Shown in pieces: positions 1 to 29,358 of a stretch of 64,000 bases of DNA. The stretch comes from the human T2T-CHM13v2.0 reference genome, Homo sapiens. The notes under the pieces were generated by a model. It ran no database searches. It saw only the letters and a list, made by a program, of their open reading frames with translations, and had not been told where the DNA came from. The DNA is taken from the NCBI RefSeq assembly GCF_009914755.1, contig NC_060940.1; one strand, given 5' to 3'. The translations under genes were made by a program, and so were the position numbers. The first letter of the stretch is position 1; every line of letters starts with the position of its first letter.

Positions 1-73
1 AAGGAGTGGTCAGGGTAAATCTAGGAGGATTCAAGATAAACTTGGAAACAGGAGCTGTGAATAAGGGGCCAAG

Positions 74-444
74 TGTTAAGGACTGAAAAGTCTGAGATTT
101 TGTCCTACTTGCAAGGTAACAAGTTAAGCTACCAGTTTCATGGATACTGGCAGAAGACATACTGTACTGACCTCGAATACACATTTGCTGGGTGGAGTTA
201 CAGGAGGGGAGGTCCAAGTTTAGGGAGCCTGAATCTTAAACAGTGGTCTAGAAGTAAATCTATCAAACCTTTGTCTAGAAGGAAGACATATTATACTGGA
301 TGCTAAACAAACTGTTGCTCTGGAGAACGGATTACCTATCTAAGGCTATTCATCCTGAAAACAGCCTGTAACAAAAGCCATCACCATATGTACTTGTAAG
401 ATAGGGAGAAACGTGAGAAACCCATGGAGAATTGTCTCCCAACA
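74..444 (-). mobile_element. ERVL-class solo LTR, LTR40-like
   Basis: The reverse complement of 421-444 reads TGTTGGGAGACAATTCTCCATGGG, matching my recollection of the LTR40 5' end. The other boundary (TGTTAAGG at ~74) is approximate. Confidence 0.6.
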
Positions 445-1201
445 CAGAGAAACGGATGGGTAACTGAAGAGATGGGGGCTTTTGAGGATTTTGGTGTTTT
501 AAAATATTAGAAATTCTAGGATAAATTTATATACTCATGGGAACGATAAGTAGAAAAATTGACGCTGTACGAGAAGAGGAGGAGGAGAATGGACTAGAGC
601 AGAGCCTGAGCAGGTGAAGACACTGGGATCCAGGGTACTAGTGAAGAGGTCAGACGCTGGAGCACCAACCAGGAGGAAGGCAGAGCGTGGGCAGAGAAGA
701 TGCTAGAGCTTGTGAGTGTTCTTGTCTGATTGCTTTTATTTCCACTGTTAAACTGAAAACATAGTTATTAGCTGAGAGTGAGGATGGTAGAGGTGGTGTG
801 AGACGTTTGGGGGATAGGGAAGAGTGAAAAAATTAAGGAAATGTACGATACACTAAAGGCCCACTTGAGGTTAGTGGTCATGAGTTTAACATAACATCAA
901 TTGTCAGGGTTGTATGTTTTGTTCCAGCCACATTCAGCAGAGTTGGATTTAGCCTGGATTGACTGGTGTGAAATACATGAACCATGGGACTTAAGCTGAT
1001 TAGGTGAAGAGTCACAACTTCAGAGAGGGAAATCAGCGGGAGTGGTTTCAGCAAGATGGCAGAATAGAACTTTCTAGCACTTGACTCCCTGCAGAAACAT
1101 CAGTTTGAATAGCTTTCCATGCACAAAATTACCTTCACAAGAGCTAAAGAAACCAAGTAAGAGATCACAGCACCTGGGTATAGTGTAGAAATAAAGGATG
1201 C

Positions 1202-1537
<336 letters not shown>

Positions 1538-2617
1538 TTATTTTTATTACCTCTTCCCCAACCCCAGGCACCATAGTGTCAACAGAGACACCCTCCATAC
1601 AGGGGAAAGAGAAGAAAGTGAACACTGGACTTTGCCTCCATCCCAAACACCTTCTCACCTGGGTAAAACTCAGAGCTAGGCAGGCCCCACTGCCCTAGAC
1701 CCCAGGCCACTACCCACAGAGAACTTCCAGGCCGACCCCACCATGAGGTTGAATCCCATAGCCCCAGGCCAGCACAGCAGACTTGGTCTGCTCACCTCAC
1801 CTCCAGACCAACCTCAGTGGTCCAGGCTCACCCAGCTTCAGGTCTGGTCCCACAGTCGGGTTCCAGGCCTGCAGATGCAAGGCTTCAGGTCTGTCCTGGG
1901 TTCTAGACCAGCCCCGAGCCAGGTCAGCACCCCTGGCCTGAGGCTCCAGGCTGGCCCTTGCCTCACCTCAGTCTACAGGCACTGACATGGTGCCAAGGCC
2001 TGCCCAGGTCTACCCTAGCACACTGTACACAGCCCGGGGCCTACCCCAGCACCATGTAAGCCCCCATGGAACAAGGGTTCAGGCCAACCCAAGAGGATAC
2101 AGTTTCCAGGCTTACCTTCAAGGACCCAAGTTCCAGGGTTACCCCTATGCACCCAATCAACAGGTCCACTCCAGTAGATCCAAGCTTCAGGCCCAGTTCT
2201 GTAGACTCAAGCACCAGGTCTGCCCATCTGCTGATGCAGGTACCAGGCCATCCTGGCTGAGGACTCCAGCAGCAAACTCACTTGCAGATCACACCAGATG
2301 GCCTCCCCAGAATCTCTGGACAGGTTGACTGGTGAAGAGCTTTCCCAGACAATGGCAGTCTGCAGACTGGAATACTTATTCACTATTTCTTCAAATGCCC
2401 AGATACTAACACACTAGAAGGATCAAGAACAATCAGGGAAATATGACCCTCCGAAAAAGGAACAACAAAAAAAGCACCAGTAATGGACCCTAAAGAAATT
2501 TAGAAGATTTGGATAATGTATGAGCTGCCTGACATTTCAAAATAATTATTTTAAGGAAGCTCAGCATATTAAATTTTCTTAAGAAAATAGAGAATTTGAT
2601 TAAATCAAGAAAATGAC

Positions 2618-2930
<313 letters not shown>

Positions 2931-3201
2931 TTAGAAACTTAAATTATAAAAATAAAAAATTCTGAAGAATATAATTAATGACATGAAAAATGCAATAGAG
3001 AGCAGCAACAACAGAAGTGATCAAGCAGAAGAAAGAATGTGAGCTCAAAGACATTTTATTTGAAAATATCCAGTCAGAGGAGAAAAAAGAATGAATGAAA
3101 AGACTGTGGCATTTATGGAATGCCATCAAAAGAACAAATGTTTGACACTCAGAAGTTCAAGAAGGAAAGAGAGACAAAAGGGCAGAAAGGTTAAATAATA
3201 G

Positions 3202-7745
<4,544 letters not shown>

Positions 7746-8387
7746 CTACTATCAGGAACAAGACAAGAATGTCCACTCTCACTACTTCTATTCAACACAG
7801 TATTGGAAGTCCTAGCCAGAACAGTTAGGCAAGAGAAAAAAATGAGGCTTCCAGACGGGAAAGAAAGAAGGTAAATTGTCCATGTTTGCAGATGCTATGA
7901 TCTCATATAGAAAACCTTAAAGAGTCCACCAGAAAACTTTCAGGACTAATGAATGAATGAAGTTGCAGGATACAAAAATCAACGTACAAAAATCAGTAGT
8001 GTTTTATATAAACAATGACCTATCTATACAAGAAGTCAGTAAGACAATCCCATTTACAATGGCTACACAAAGTTAAATACTTAGGAATAAATTTAACCAA
8101 GGAGATGAAAGACTGGTACACCAAAAACTGTAAGACGCAGATAAAAGAAACTGAAGATACAATTAAATGGAAAACTATCCTGTGTTCCTGGATTGGAGGA
8201 ATATTGTTAAAATGTTCACACTGTCCAAAGCAATCTACAGGTTCAATGCAATGCCTATCAAAATTCCAATTATATTTTCCACAGAGATAGAAAAAACAAT
8301 CCTAAAACTTGTATGTAACCACAAAAGACCCCAAATACCCAAAGCAGTCTTGAACAAAAAGAACAAAGCTTGAGGCTTCATACTAAC

Positions 8388-8749
8388 TGTATCAGTGCAT
8401 TCTCACACTGCTATAAAGAACTACCTGACACTGGGCAATTTATGAAAAAAAGTTTAATTGACTCACAGTTCCACAAGCTTAACAAGAAGCATGACTGGGA
8501 GGCCTCAGGAAACTTATACTCATGGTGGAAGGCAAAGGGGAAGCAAGCAGCTTCTTCACATGGTAACCGGAGAGCATGCTAGCAAAGGGGGAAGTGCCAC
8601 ACACTTGTAAACCGTTAGATCTCATGAGAACTCACTATCAGGAAAGCAGCAAGGGAGAAATCCACCCCCATGATCCAATCACCTCCCACCAGGCCCCTCC
8701 TCCAATTCGACATGACATTTGGGTGGGGACACAAATCCAAACCATATCA
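8388..8749 (-). mobile_element. MaLR solo LTR (MSTA-like) inserted into L1 ORF2
   Basis: The minus strand begins TGATATGGTTTGGATTTGTGTCCCCACCCAAAT and ends ...ACA. L1 ORF2 sequence resumes on both sides. Confidence 0.85.
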
Positions 8750-9416
8750 CTAGTTGAATTCAAAATACACTACAAAGGTATAGTAACCAAAAAGCATATT
8801 AGCATCAAAACAGACACATAGACCCACGGAATAGAACAGAGCTCCCAGAAATAAATCCACGCATTTACAGTCAACTGATTCTTGACAAAAGGTGCCAAGA
8901 ACACATAATGGGCAAAGGACAATCTCTTCAGTAAATGCTGGACGTTCACATATAAAATAACGAAATACAGAAAAATAAACTAAAGACTTAAATGTAAGAC
9001 CTGAAACTGTAAAACGACTAGAAGAAAGCAGGGATCCATGACATCGATCTGGTCAATTTTTTTTTTTTTATCTGACTTCAAAAGCACAGGCAACAAAAGC
9101 AACAACAGACAAATGAGATTACATCCAACTAAAAAGCTCCTGCACAGAAAAGGAAACAATCAAAAGAGTGAAAAGACAACCTTTGGAATGGGGAGAATTA
9201 TTTGCAAATCATAGTCTGATAAGGGATATCTAAAATATAAGGAACTCAGACAACTCAATAGCAAGAAAACAAATAACCCAATTAAAGAGCAAAGGACCTA
9301 AATAGACACTTCTCAAAAAGAAGACTTACATATGCCTGACAGGTATATGAAAAAATGCTCAGTGTCATTAATTATCAGGGAAACGCAGATTAAAACTACA
9401 ATGAGGTATCACCTCA

Positions 9417-11500
<2,084 letters not shown>

Positions 11501-12044
11501 TAAGTCAGTTTTTAAAAGTTAATGAAAAACAAATCTAAAGAACTTGAGGGGATAAAGGAGTGTGAAAAGTGGTAGACTGAAAAGACTATGTTTCCATGGG
11601 GTAGGATTGTTAGGGTACTAGAGAAAATCTGGTTGAGTGAGGAATGCATGAAACATTACAAACAGGTTGCTATTACTAGTAGCAAGATTAATGTGTCCGA
11701 GAATAACTGGCTGAAGGAGGGAGGAGTACAGGCTCATTGGAAAAGTGGAGATGAAGAAACTGAAAAGCCAAGTATTAAATCTACATAAGCATTAAAATTA
11801 TCAATTCAGATGGTAGTGTTAGAGTGGGAACTAAAATTTAAGAGATCCAGGGATCAGAAGATGACTGCTTTAAGTATCACGTGGTACGGTCTGATGGCCT
11901 GAGCATCCATGCCATGGGGTGTCAGAGAAGATGAAAGGAGAATGGTCTGGAAGCAGCGAGAAGGACATCTTCCCACCCCCAGGACCAGTGTTAAAGGGTG
12001 AAGTAGAAAAGTATAGGGAATGTTCATTAATACATAGGAAATTC

Positions 12045-12668
<624 letters not shown>

Positions 12669-13214
12669 ACATAGGGAATTCTGCCCTAACCTCTGTGGTG
12701 AGTTCCAGAGGGCACAGAGGAAGATCTCTAGAAGTTGGGGAGAAGCAAGAGATGGACTCAGAAAGGGATGTAAGTGGAGGAAGTTTAGAGTGGGATCAGG
12801 CAGGGGGTGACCCAGGAATCCTGAGCCTCTTATAACTGAGCCAATAAGGACAAAAGCTTTAATGAGATCAGACCTGATAGTCTCAGAAAATGGTGGAGAA
12901 GCTGGAGTCTTGGGAGGAGGGAAGGGTAGGCATCTTGCCAAGAGCACCCAGAGTTCTGGGCCCTTCTTCACTCCTGCTAATAGAAATGAGGAAGCCTGGG
13001 GAGGTGGGTCTGACTTGGAGCACTTGAGGCTCCTTCTTGATCCTTGCCACGAGGTCATATGAGGAATATTTGAATACCATATGGTTCCTTACATACGGTA
13101 GATACCATAGAGCTCCTAAGAGTGAAAGTAGTCAGACTAATTGTGTTGACCTGGAAAAATGTTTGATAGAGTTTTAAAAGCAAGTTGCCAAAAATGTATG
13201 TATACACACACAGA

Positions 13215-13538
13215 CAGTTGGCTTTCTGTATCCATGGATTCTGCATCTGAGGATTCAGCCAACCTTGGGTTGAATATTCAGGGAACAAAGAAAAAAATGG
13301 ATGGTTGCATGTGTATTGAACACACATAGACCTTTTGTCATTATTCCCTAAATATAATGACTATAGAGCATTTAAATTGTATTAGGTATTGTAAGCAGTA
13401 GGGATGATTTAAGGTATACTAGAGGGTGTGCATAGATCACAAATACTATACCATTTTATATCAGGGACTTTAGCTTTTGGATTTTGGTATCTGCAGGAGG
13501 TCCTGGAACCAGTTCCTCATGGATTATCAAGGGACACA
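13215..13538 (-). mobile_element. MER2 (Tigger-family DNA transposon relic)
   Basis: Terminal inverted repeat-like ends CAGTTGGCTTTCTGTATCCATGG and CTCATGGATTATCAAGGGAC. The internal TTTTGGTATCTGCAGGAGGTCCTGGAACCA is typical of MER2. Confidence 0.7.
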
Positions 13539-13783
13539 TACACATAAATACACATACACACGGAGGGGGAGAAATGAGATGGAGGAAGGAAGATGTGACA
13601 ACATACAATTGGCTAATCTAGATGAAGAGTGTATGGGTGTTCATTATACAGTCTGTTCTATACAAAATTCTAATTTTCTAATTTTGAATGAAAGAATGTT
13701 ACAAGATATTATGTATAGCATTTTTTATAGAATATGTATATACATATGGAAGTATGTTATAAACTTAGACAAAAACCAGGAAG

Positions 13784-15143
<1,360 letters not shown>

Positions 15144-15343
15144 AAGGACTTAGAGCAAGCTGTAACAGCGTTTACCTCTGGGATAAGGACCTTTACTACC
15201 AAGCTGGTATGGTTTTAAATAGAGTAGAGCTATAATGGTGGCTTCTACATTGATATATTTTCTAATAAATATTTAGAAGATAAATCAGTATAAAATATTG
15301 TACCGTATTAGCCCAGTTTTCAGATAAAGACTCCACACATGTA

Positions 15344-17540
<2,197 letters not shown>

Positions 17541-17828
17541 ACATTTAAGAAAACTTTGTGTTGTGAGGTCTGATGTATTTTTCACCTACATTCTCCTGCT
17601 TTAAAGGGGTAATTTGTACCTAAAAACCCCTCCTAGGATGAATTCTCCTAAGTGGAGAATATAATTGCCATTAATTCCGGTGGAAAAATCTGTATGCACA
17701 CCTTAGTCCCTAAATACACTCATTTATCCTAAAACACCATAAACCCATTAAAATGGGCACAGATAATTGACCTCAGCTAACACAGCACAACACAAGCAAG
17801 GTCCCTTAATTACCCTATAAAATGGCTG

Positions 17829-18522
<694 letters not shown>

Positions 18523-18800
18523 CTACACTTCTCCAGCTCTTTCAGAGCTGCATTGTACCCTTGAGACTATACTATCAAAGAAAGCATATTTGACATCCAT
18601 CCTTCACATAAGAGAAGCCTTTATACAAAAAGGTAAAGTAGTAGAGGCAGAAAAGTCAATGGAAACAATGGAAGGAGTGCCAGGGTTGTCCCTACAAGGT
18701 AGCAAGTTACAAATGCTGAGAAGTTCGCACATCCCACTCTACAACTAGGAAGGTGACCACAGGGGTTACTCTCATTAGCTGCATGTTCCCAAGGCTCTAA

Positions 18801-19103
<303 letters not shown>

Positions 19104-19115
19104 TCAAATCAGAAC

Positions 19116-20000
19116 TTTTTTTTTTTTTTTAGAAACAAGAATTCACTATTTGAGAGGAAAAAAAAAAAAAGAGAGAGATACGCTGCTACTGCAATTTAGC
19201 CACTGCTGTTTGGTGGCCAGCCTCTTCTCTCTCTTTTCAGCAATAGTAAGTCGGGTGCCCTTTTCCCTGGGCAGGGAAATCCAAGGTTTACTGCCATTGC
19301 CAGTGACAAAAATGTTGGAAAGCCTCAGGGCAAAGCTGTTGCCATTGGCATCCCTCACATGCCCCACATTTAAAGAACCAGGATGTCCTTCCCTGTTGGT
19401 CACACCAACATGACGGAGGCTGGCTCCGCCAATCACCATACACGCATTGCCTGTGTGGAATTTGATAAAGTTGATTATCTTGCCAGTCCCTAAATCAATC
19501 TGCACAGTATTGTTCACCTTGATGACAGGATCTGGGTAGTGGATAGTTCCAGTATCATGAGTCACCAGGCGTTGGATTCCCTTCATCCCCATAGTCACCT
19601 TCCTCACTTTGCACAGGTTGTACTTTGCCTCTTCGACTGTAACGCGATCAACAGCAACACAGCCCTTGGGTCACAGACCAGGCAGAAATGCTCACCTGTC
19701 TTGATGCCGATGACATCCGTGAATCCAGCAGGGTATGTGATAGCCACTCGAACCTTGCCATCAATTTTAATGAAGCATTGCATACATATCTCCTTTACGT
19801 CATCTCCGGTCAATGCATACTTGAGTCTATTCCTGAGGAAGACGATCAGCGGAAGACATTCCCTCAGCTTGTGGGGACCTGTCGATGGACGAGGTGCAAA
19901 TATACCCTTTAGTTTGTCGAGCATCCAATGCTTCGGCACTGCAGCACGCTTCAAGTGCTCCTTAGGGCCCCAGGCCATGGTGAAACCCTGCGACGGAAGA
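19116..20000 (-). pseudogene. RPS4Y1P1: Processed pseudogene of ribosomal protein S4, Y-linked type (RPS4Y1-like retrocopy)
   Basis: Intronless S4 coding sequence from ATG at 19978 ([23 protein letters not shown]...) to TAA at 19196-19198, split across two frames by a frameshift. It retains the 5' TOP-like CTTCCGTCGCAG, a 3' UTR and poly(A) (T run 19116-19130). Residues are Y-type. The symbol is from memory and less certain than the call. Confidence 0.9.
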
Positions 20001-21428
20001 TCAGCGCTCTTTTGAAGTGCCTTGTAATCCTCATAAACCACAGTGCTTTTAAGTGAAGCTCCTCTTAAAGACAAATTCTTGCAGTCTGGGCGTATCTCAA
20101 GATGTAACTGTACTTCATTTAATCCTCACACAAGCCTAGGAGGCAGTGGTTTTTATCCTACTGGTGAGGCAGCCAGCCGAAAGCAGCAATGCCAAGAACA
20201 AAACCCAGCTCATGAGGTGTATTTCCAGTTGAGACTTCTTCCTGTTCAACTCTGAGTCCATGCTCACTGTATTTGGCCATACAGCCCATTTTTATCCTGA
20301 TATTTTAGAGATCTTTTTCCATTTCCATGGATATTTTTCATAACTGAACTGCGTATTGGGTTATGTCTTTATTTCTAAGTCTGAAGTTGGGACTCACCTA
20401 CTTGGCCTCCAGCTATTCAGGAATCTGCGGTGGGAGGATTGCTTGAGCCCAGGAGGTCGAGAACCATGTTCCTACCACTCCACACCAGCCTGGGAGACAA
20501 CGTGAGACTCTGTCTTTAAAAAAAAAAAAAAACCAACACCACACACACACACAAAGAAAAGAAAGGCCCAGAATCACATTCCCCAAAACCCACTTGGAGT
20601 GGTTGCACAGGCCGCCCCCGGGAGGGCTGGCACTTCCACTCTGTGGGGCTGATGCTGAGTGTGAGAAGACAGTGTCCCTGGAGGCCTGTGTCCCTGCAGA
20701 TTGCTAAAGCCATCACTGCGAGTGAGAAGAATGGGCAGCAGATGGAGGTTTGGACAGGCAGAGTCCAGGCATCTGAAGGGCACAGGGAGGACTGCAGTGG
20801 TAAAAATCAAGCCAGACTTTTTCTGTGACTGGGAGCAGGCCATGGCGTGTGGGGCCTGGCTGCGTCAGGTGGTTTGGGTCTACCGGCCCAGGAGCAGCCT
20901 GCAGAAGGGGCACAGGATGGCCAGGCCTGGGCAAGGAAAGGGCAGCTGAGGGGTGCCCTGGTGAGACACCAGTGTCTCTGAGGGGCAGCCATTTAGCAGA
21001 ATGGGTGATCACAGCAGGTAGACAAATGACCCCCTGCAGTGGGTCAGCCGCTGGGGATGCTCAGTGGTGGCTCCGTGTGGTCTCAGGAGGCCCAGTGCTG
21101 ATGACTGGAACCACATTCTGACAGTAGTGACGGGACTAGGATCAGCCATGACAGTCAACAGGCATTGCTTTTCTGCCCTTGGCCGTGTACGCGGCTTGAG
21201 TTCTCTCATTCGGCAGTCAGATAACCCATGAGAGAAAGTCACCATTCTCGTCTTATAAATGAAGTAACTGAAGTTCAGAGAGGTTAAAGAATTTTCAAGG
21301 TGCGTGATGTGCTACAATACTAAGAATACGAGAAGTTAAGGCTGTATTAGAGCAACCACTGAAGAAAAAAAGGAACAGTATATCCAAAACACTAGTAGAT
21401 AAATTAAAACTGAAATCAAACATTTTTA

Positions 21429-22333
<905 letters not shown>

Positions 22334-22594
22334 CTAAAACCTAAGGTCTTTAACGGATACTGTATTTCCTACCTTCTGGCATGTTCCATGGCAGCATTCC
22401 GACTCCTACCAGGGAGCAGTCTTCAGATGTGACACAGCTTCACAGCTGTGCTGCCTTCCCTGAGCTAATACTTCCCCACTACTGGTCAAAAATGAGGTGA
22501 CGTTTCTCTTAACCTCCTCTCTTTTTTAATATATCCTTCCCATCCCTCTACCCCGGGGACTCATTCTCCCAGCAGCTGCTGAACTCCTGTGTAT

Positions 22595-22765
22595 CAGATT
22601 CTTACACTTGAGCATGCATCAGAATCACCTGGAAGGTATAATACACTAAAGGCCGGGCCCTGTCCATGCCATTTCTGAATCTGTACGCTGGCGTGGAGCC
22701 TGGGAATCTGCATTGCTAACAAGGTTCCCCAGGTGCTCGCACTCGGAGAAGCCCTGTGGGCGATT
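22595..22765. mobile_element. MER5A-like hAT DNA transposon relic
   Basis: GCATCAGAATCACCTGGA...GGGAATCTGCATT.CTAACAAG.TTCCCCAGGTG are characteristic MER5A motifs. Confidence 0.7.
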
Positions 22766-24114
22766 AAGCTTATTGCTTCACGAGACACTGAGAAACAGCT
22801 CCTGCCTCGAAGCCCACCATCGAGCTTGAAGACTGTCGGGTGAACAGATGAGTCCAACTGGGAGTAATTAGTTTCCAACAGAGGAAGCTCAGGTGCCCTG
22901 TGGGAGCACACAGGGGCAGCACCAGCCTCAGGTCAAGGGAAAAGCAGCCCGAGACAAACTTCCGGTGCCACAGAAAGCCAGATGGTTTCATGGAGGCCAC
23001 CCAGCCCCCGTCACCCATCATGACTCTGCTTGCACAGTTTGAGCAATGCCATTGGTTTTGCCCGTGTGACCAACTCTTAGGCATCTCCATAGGGCCACAG
23101 GGCAGGCCCCCAGCTGTCGGCATTGCCTGGTCTTATGATCTCAGGCTCCCAGCACCCTCACTGCCCAGCAGCCTGTTCCATAGCAGCATCTCCCACCTTC
23201 TCCCTGACTTCTAGAGGGGAGCACCCCATGAGCTTAGCTGTGCCTGCCCTCTCACCAGCATGGTCACATTCCTGCTTTCGTAGACGAATGAATCTTCCGG
23301 GCCTTCCCATGGGCGTTCTGCCTCACAGGGCTTGTCCACACAACTGCCCACCTCTGAGCCTTTTAACGCCTCTTTCCACCATCTTATAGCAGCGCCAGCA
23401 CCTCTCCTTTGCTTAGTGTGCTCTGCCTTCTGCCTGCTTCTAGGAGCCATCCGGCAGCACGGTGGCCCATTCCCTAGGGTCCTGAGCAAGGCATTAAGTC
23501 CTGTATCCTAGGAGAGTCCTCCCGAACTGATACCCCCACCTTTCTCCAGCTTCATGGGCTTTCCCCTTGGTTCAGCTCTCTCAGCACCCAGTTCTCATCA
23601 CGTGTGCCCCGTCCCTGCAAGCGCTTTTTGGCTCCATTCTGCAGCTCCCTTGGTACAAGGTCCTTTTCCTCTCTTACCAGGCCTGGTGCCATCATGGCCA
23701 GGACTGGAAAGGAGAGAGATGCTGGGGTTAATGTCCTGCAGGAGGGAAGCCTCCGTCTCCTGTGAGGAAGGTACTCTCGCCCCGGTGGGAAGAGTGGGGC
23801 CACTTCTGTGCACTCCGGGCTTACGGGCTCTGGGGATTTGAGGTTTTGGGAGTACATCAACCCAGATGTCTGCATCTCATGCATCAGAGCCCTGCATCTG
23901 GCACAGCAGCCTGTCTAGGTGGAGCATTTAACCTTCTTGGGAGCTTGGCTGATCTTACAACTAAATCCTGGGTCTAGTCCTCAGCTTTCTCTACCTTGCA
24001 GCTGCAAGAGATAAAAACCTCTTTATGTGTTCCTAAGGTGGCTTTCACCCTTAGCTGTTAATTGCCTGTTAATCATTCTCAGCTTTTGTCATTTCCCAAA
24101 GTCTTTGTGTTTAG

Positions 24115-24435
<321 letters not shown>

Positions 24436-25319
24436 TAGGTATTCTCTCCCCTCATACCTCAAACTCCTGACACAGGGCACCCACTAGTGGATAGTGTTCC
24501 CCAGAATACCATTGCATTTCATCAGCAGTGGAAGCTTTCACAACCTCATTGCTACCGTGTGCCCGACCTATCTACGCTTCCTCTACCAACCATGAAGAGG
24601 TCCTCACTGCCAGCCTGGTAGTCAGCAGTCCAGCTCCAGAATCCCACCTCAGCATCCGCATTTTGCAGCTCACTCCCGGCACACACGATCATAGCTGGAG
24701 CTCCCCACAGGAAGTAGACTCTGAGATAAAGATGACCACACAGAAGTTTACTGGTACCCCAGGAGCAATACCTTTGGAACCGAAGACTCGTAGGGGTAGG
24801 GAAAGAGCAATGTTGGGCAGAGGAAGATAGAGCCTCAACATCGTCCCAAGTTTGGGTGAAAAGACTGGACCTTTAAAAAACCCTACTGACCAATCACTGG
24901 ATGCAGCTGCCCAGAAAGGAGGCAGGACCCGAGGTCAAGATGATGCTCTTCAGCTGAGGAAACTCCCAAAGAGGACGGCAGCTGCGGACTGTCTGCTGTC
25001 CACAGCAGCGCGTGGGGAGGTCGGCCTGCAGTCCTGGAGGGAATCTGGGTGGCTAATCACGCAACCACTAGATTAGGTACAGATGCAGGCTGGTCCGAGA
25101 CAGGATTCTCTTGCGACTGCTCCAGACGTTTCTGTTAGTAGAAAGCCAGATCACCCGATGGGCGGGGAGAGGCGCGTGCACTGTTTAACGTGGTCTAACT
25201 CAGACCAAGGGTGGGGGAACCCCCGCCCGAGGAGGAATCTGTTTTTAAGCTGAGATTAAATCAAGTGCGACCCCTGATTAAACTCAGCCTTTTGCTTAAC
25301 TGTACTTGTCAATATAACA

Positions 25320-26165
<846 letters not shown>

Positions 26166-26214
26166 GTATTTCTTTGAAACAACGCTGGGTTAGGAACAGT
26201 AAGGCATAGCTATA

Positions 26215-26247
26215 TGCAGTTTTCATATTGGCCACCAGGTGGCAGCC
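26215..26247 (+). promoter_or_regulatory. Predicted CTCF binding site (core plus upstream module)
   Basis: Core TGGCCACCAGGTGGCAGCC at 26229-26247, preceded at 5-bp spacing by TGCAGTTTT. Confidence 0.7.
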
Positions 26248-26536
26248 TTATACCGGGTGGTTTTCAGACTCTTGGGAGGCCGGTGGGTGGAGCGGGGGAC
26301 AGACGCAGATTTCACCAGCAAGTGAAAAAGTCCCTTAGCCAGGTTTGTGCTTGCTATTCCATTTTTATATTACTTACGCCTCACATTTATTTGTATGTAG
26401 ATGGTTGTTGACATAATAAAATACATGTAATTTCCTCTGTGTTTAAGAGCAGTTCTCCCTCACTGAGCTGGGAGTTTCCTTAAGAAACCTGGCTCTTAAT
26501 TATATAGAGAGAGACTGGGCGCGGTGGCTCTAATTA

Positions 26537-26930
<394 letters not shown>

Positions 26931-27288
26931 TCACTGCAGCCTCGAACTCCTGGGCTCAAGTGATCCTCATGCCCCAGCCTCCTGAGCAGCACATTACAGG
27001 TGCCACCCGCTGCACCCAGCTACTTTTTCTTTTTTTTAAAGGAGTCTCACTATGTTGCCCAGGCTAGTCTCAAACTCCTGGCCTCAAACAATCCACCCGC
27101 CTCTGCTTTTTTTTTTTTTTTTGAGACAGTCTCACTCTGTTGCCCAGGCAAGAGTGCAGTGGCACCATCTTGGCTCATTGCAACCTCTTGCCTCCTGGGT
27201 TCAAGCAATTCTTGTGCCTCTGCCTCCTGCGTAGCTGGGATTACAGGCATGTGCCACCACGCCTGGCTAATTTTTGTATTTTTGGTAG

Positions 27289-27408
<120 letters not shown>

Positions 27409-27625
27409 TGATACTATTTTTAATAGTCGACTTTGGATCCCACTCCTGTGCCCAAGCTCTCTCTCATTTTGCTTTTCCCCTCTTCACACATCCATTCTCC
27501 AAGTTAATTTCTCTTCATGTCCTTATAATTAAATTCCATCTATAACCTTAATTCCAACCTATTAGACGCATCATCAGAACGGCTGACAGTGCACGGGCAG
27601 AGAAAGGTATTAGGAAAGCCAGTGA

Positions 27626-27940
<315 letters not shown>

Positions 27941-29061
27941 TGATCTGCCCTCCTCGGCCCCCAAAAGTGCTAGGATTACAGGCGTAAGCCACCATTCCCA
28001 GCCCATGATGGATCTTTAGAGGGAAACATCAAGAGACAGGAAGACCTGGGAGAAGAAGCAAAGATCGGAACCTGTGGTTACGTGGGGAGGCTAGAGCTGT
28101 GGCCCAAGGCAGAAGGCTGTGAACTCGGCTGTGCAAGGAAAAAACAGGAAGTGAGCACCAGGGTTCTGCTCTGCTTCCGACCCAGCTCCAGGGCTTTGGG
28201 GCAATGGGTGCCTGCCCCTGGCCTGCAGGTGCCCTCAGGATAAAGTGGGTCATGCCGAGGCACTGTACAGGGGAGGAAATGAAAAAGACTTAGAACTATA
28301 AAGTGTGTATCAAATTGCAATAAAAAAGGCCAGGTGTGGTGGCTCACACCTGTAATCTCAGCACTTTAGGAAGCCGAGGTAGGTGGATCAGTTGAGGTCA
28401 GGAGTTTGAGACCAGCCTGGCCAACATGGTGAAACCCTGTTCTTACTAAAAATACAAAAATTAGCCAGGCATGGTGGTGGACACCTGTAATCCCAGCTAT
28501 TTGGGAGGCTGAGGAGGGAGAATCACTTGAACTCAGGAGAGGTTGCAGTGAGCAGAAATCATGCCACTGCATTCTAGTCTGAGCATAAGAGCAAGACTCC
28601 ATCTCAAAAAAAAAAAAAAAAAAAATACAATGAAAGCAGTGTTTGGAGGAAAGCTTGCCTCCTGAAATACTTTTATGAGAAAAGAACACACTGAAAATTA
28701 CTGAGCTGAGTATCTAAATTTGTGATGTTAAAAAATCACAAATGGATACATACAGATTAGGAAGCCAGCATTACCCTGATACAAAAGCCAGATAAAAACA
28801 TCAGAAGAAAATTACCAACCAGTATCTCTCATGAATATAGATGCAAAAACCTTCAATAAAGTACTAGCAAACTGAACCCGACAGCATATTAAAAGGATTA
28901 TACACCATGATGAAGTGGGAGTTATCCCAGCATGCCAAGCGCTATAGGAAATAACAAGAAAATCCATCAGCGTAATATGCATTAATTGAATGAAAGGGGA
29001 AAATCACGTGATCACTTAAATTGATGCAGAAAAGGCCTTTGACAAGATCCAACACCCTTCA

Positions 29062-29358
<297 letters not shown>

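Noticed and set aside
1670-2330. C-rich degenerate CCAGGC repeats with several short ORFs
   Set aside because: They lie in the 5' UTR region of the old L1, where such tandem-like repeats are usual. The spacing is irregular and this is not a gene or CRISPR-like array.
19146-20074. S4-like ORFs as a functional retrogene
   Set aside because: Frameshift near 19670 and many substitutions at conserved residues, with no intact full-length ORF.
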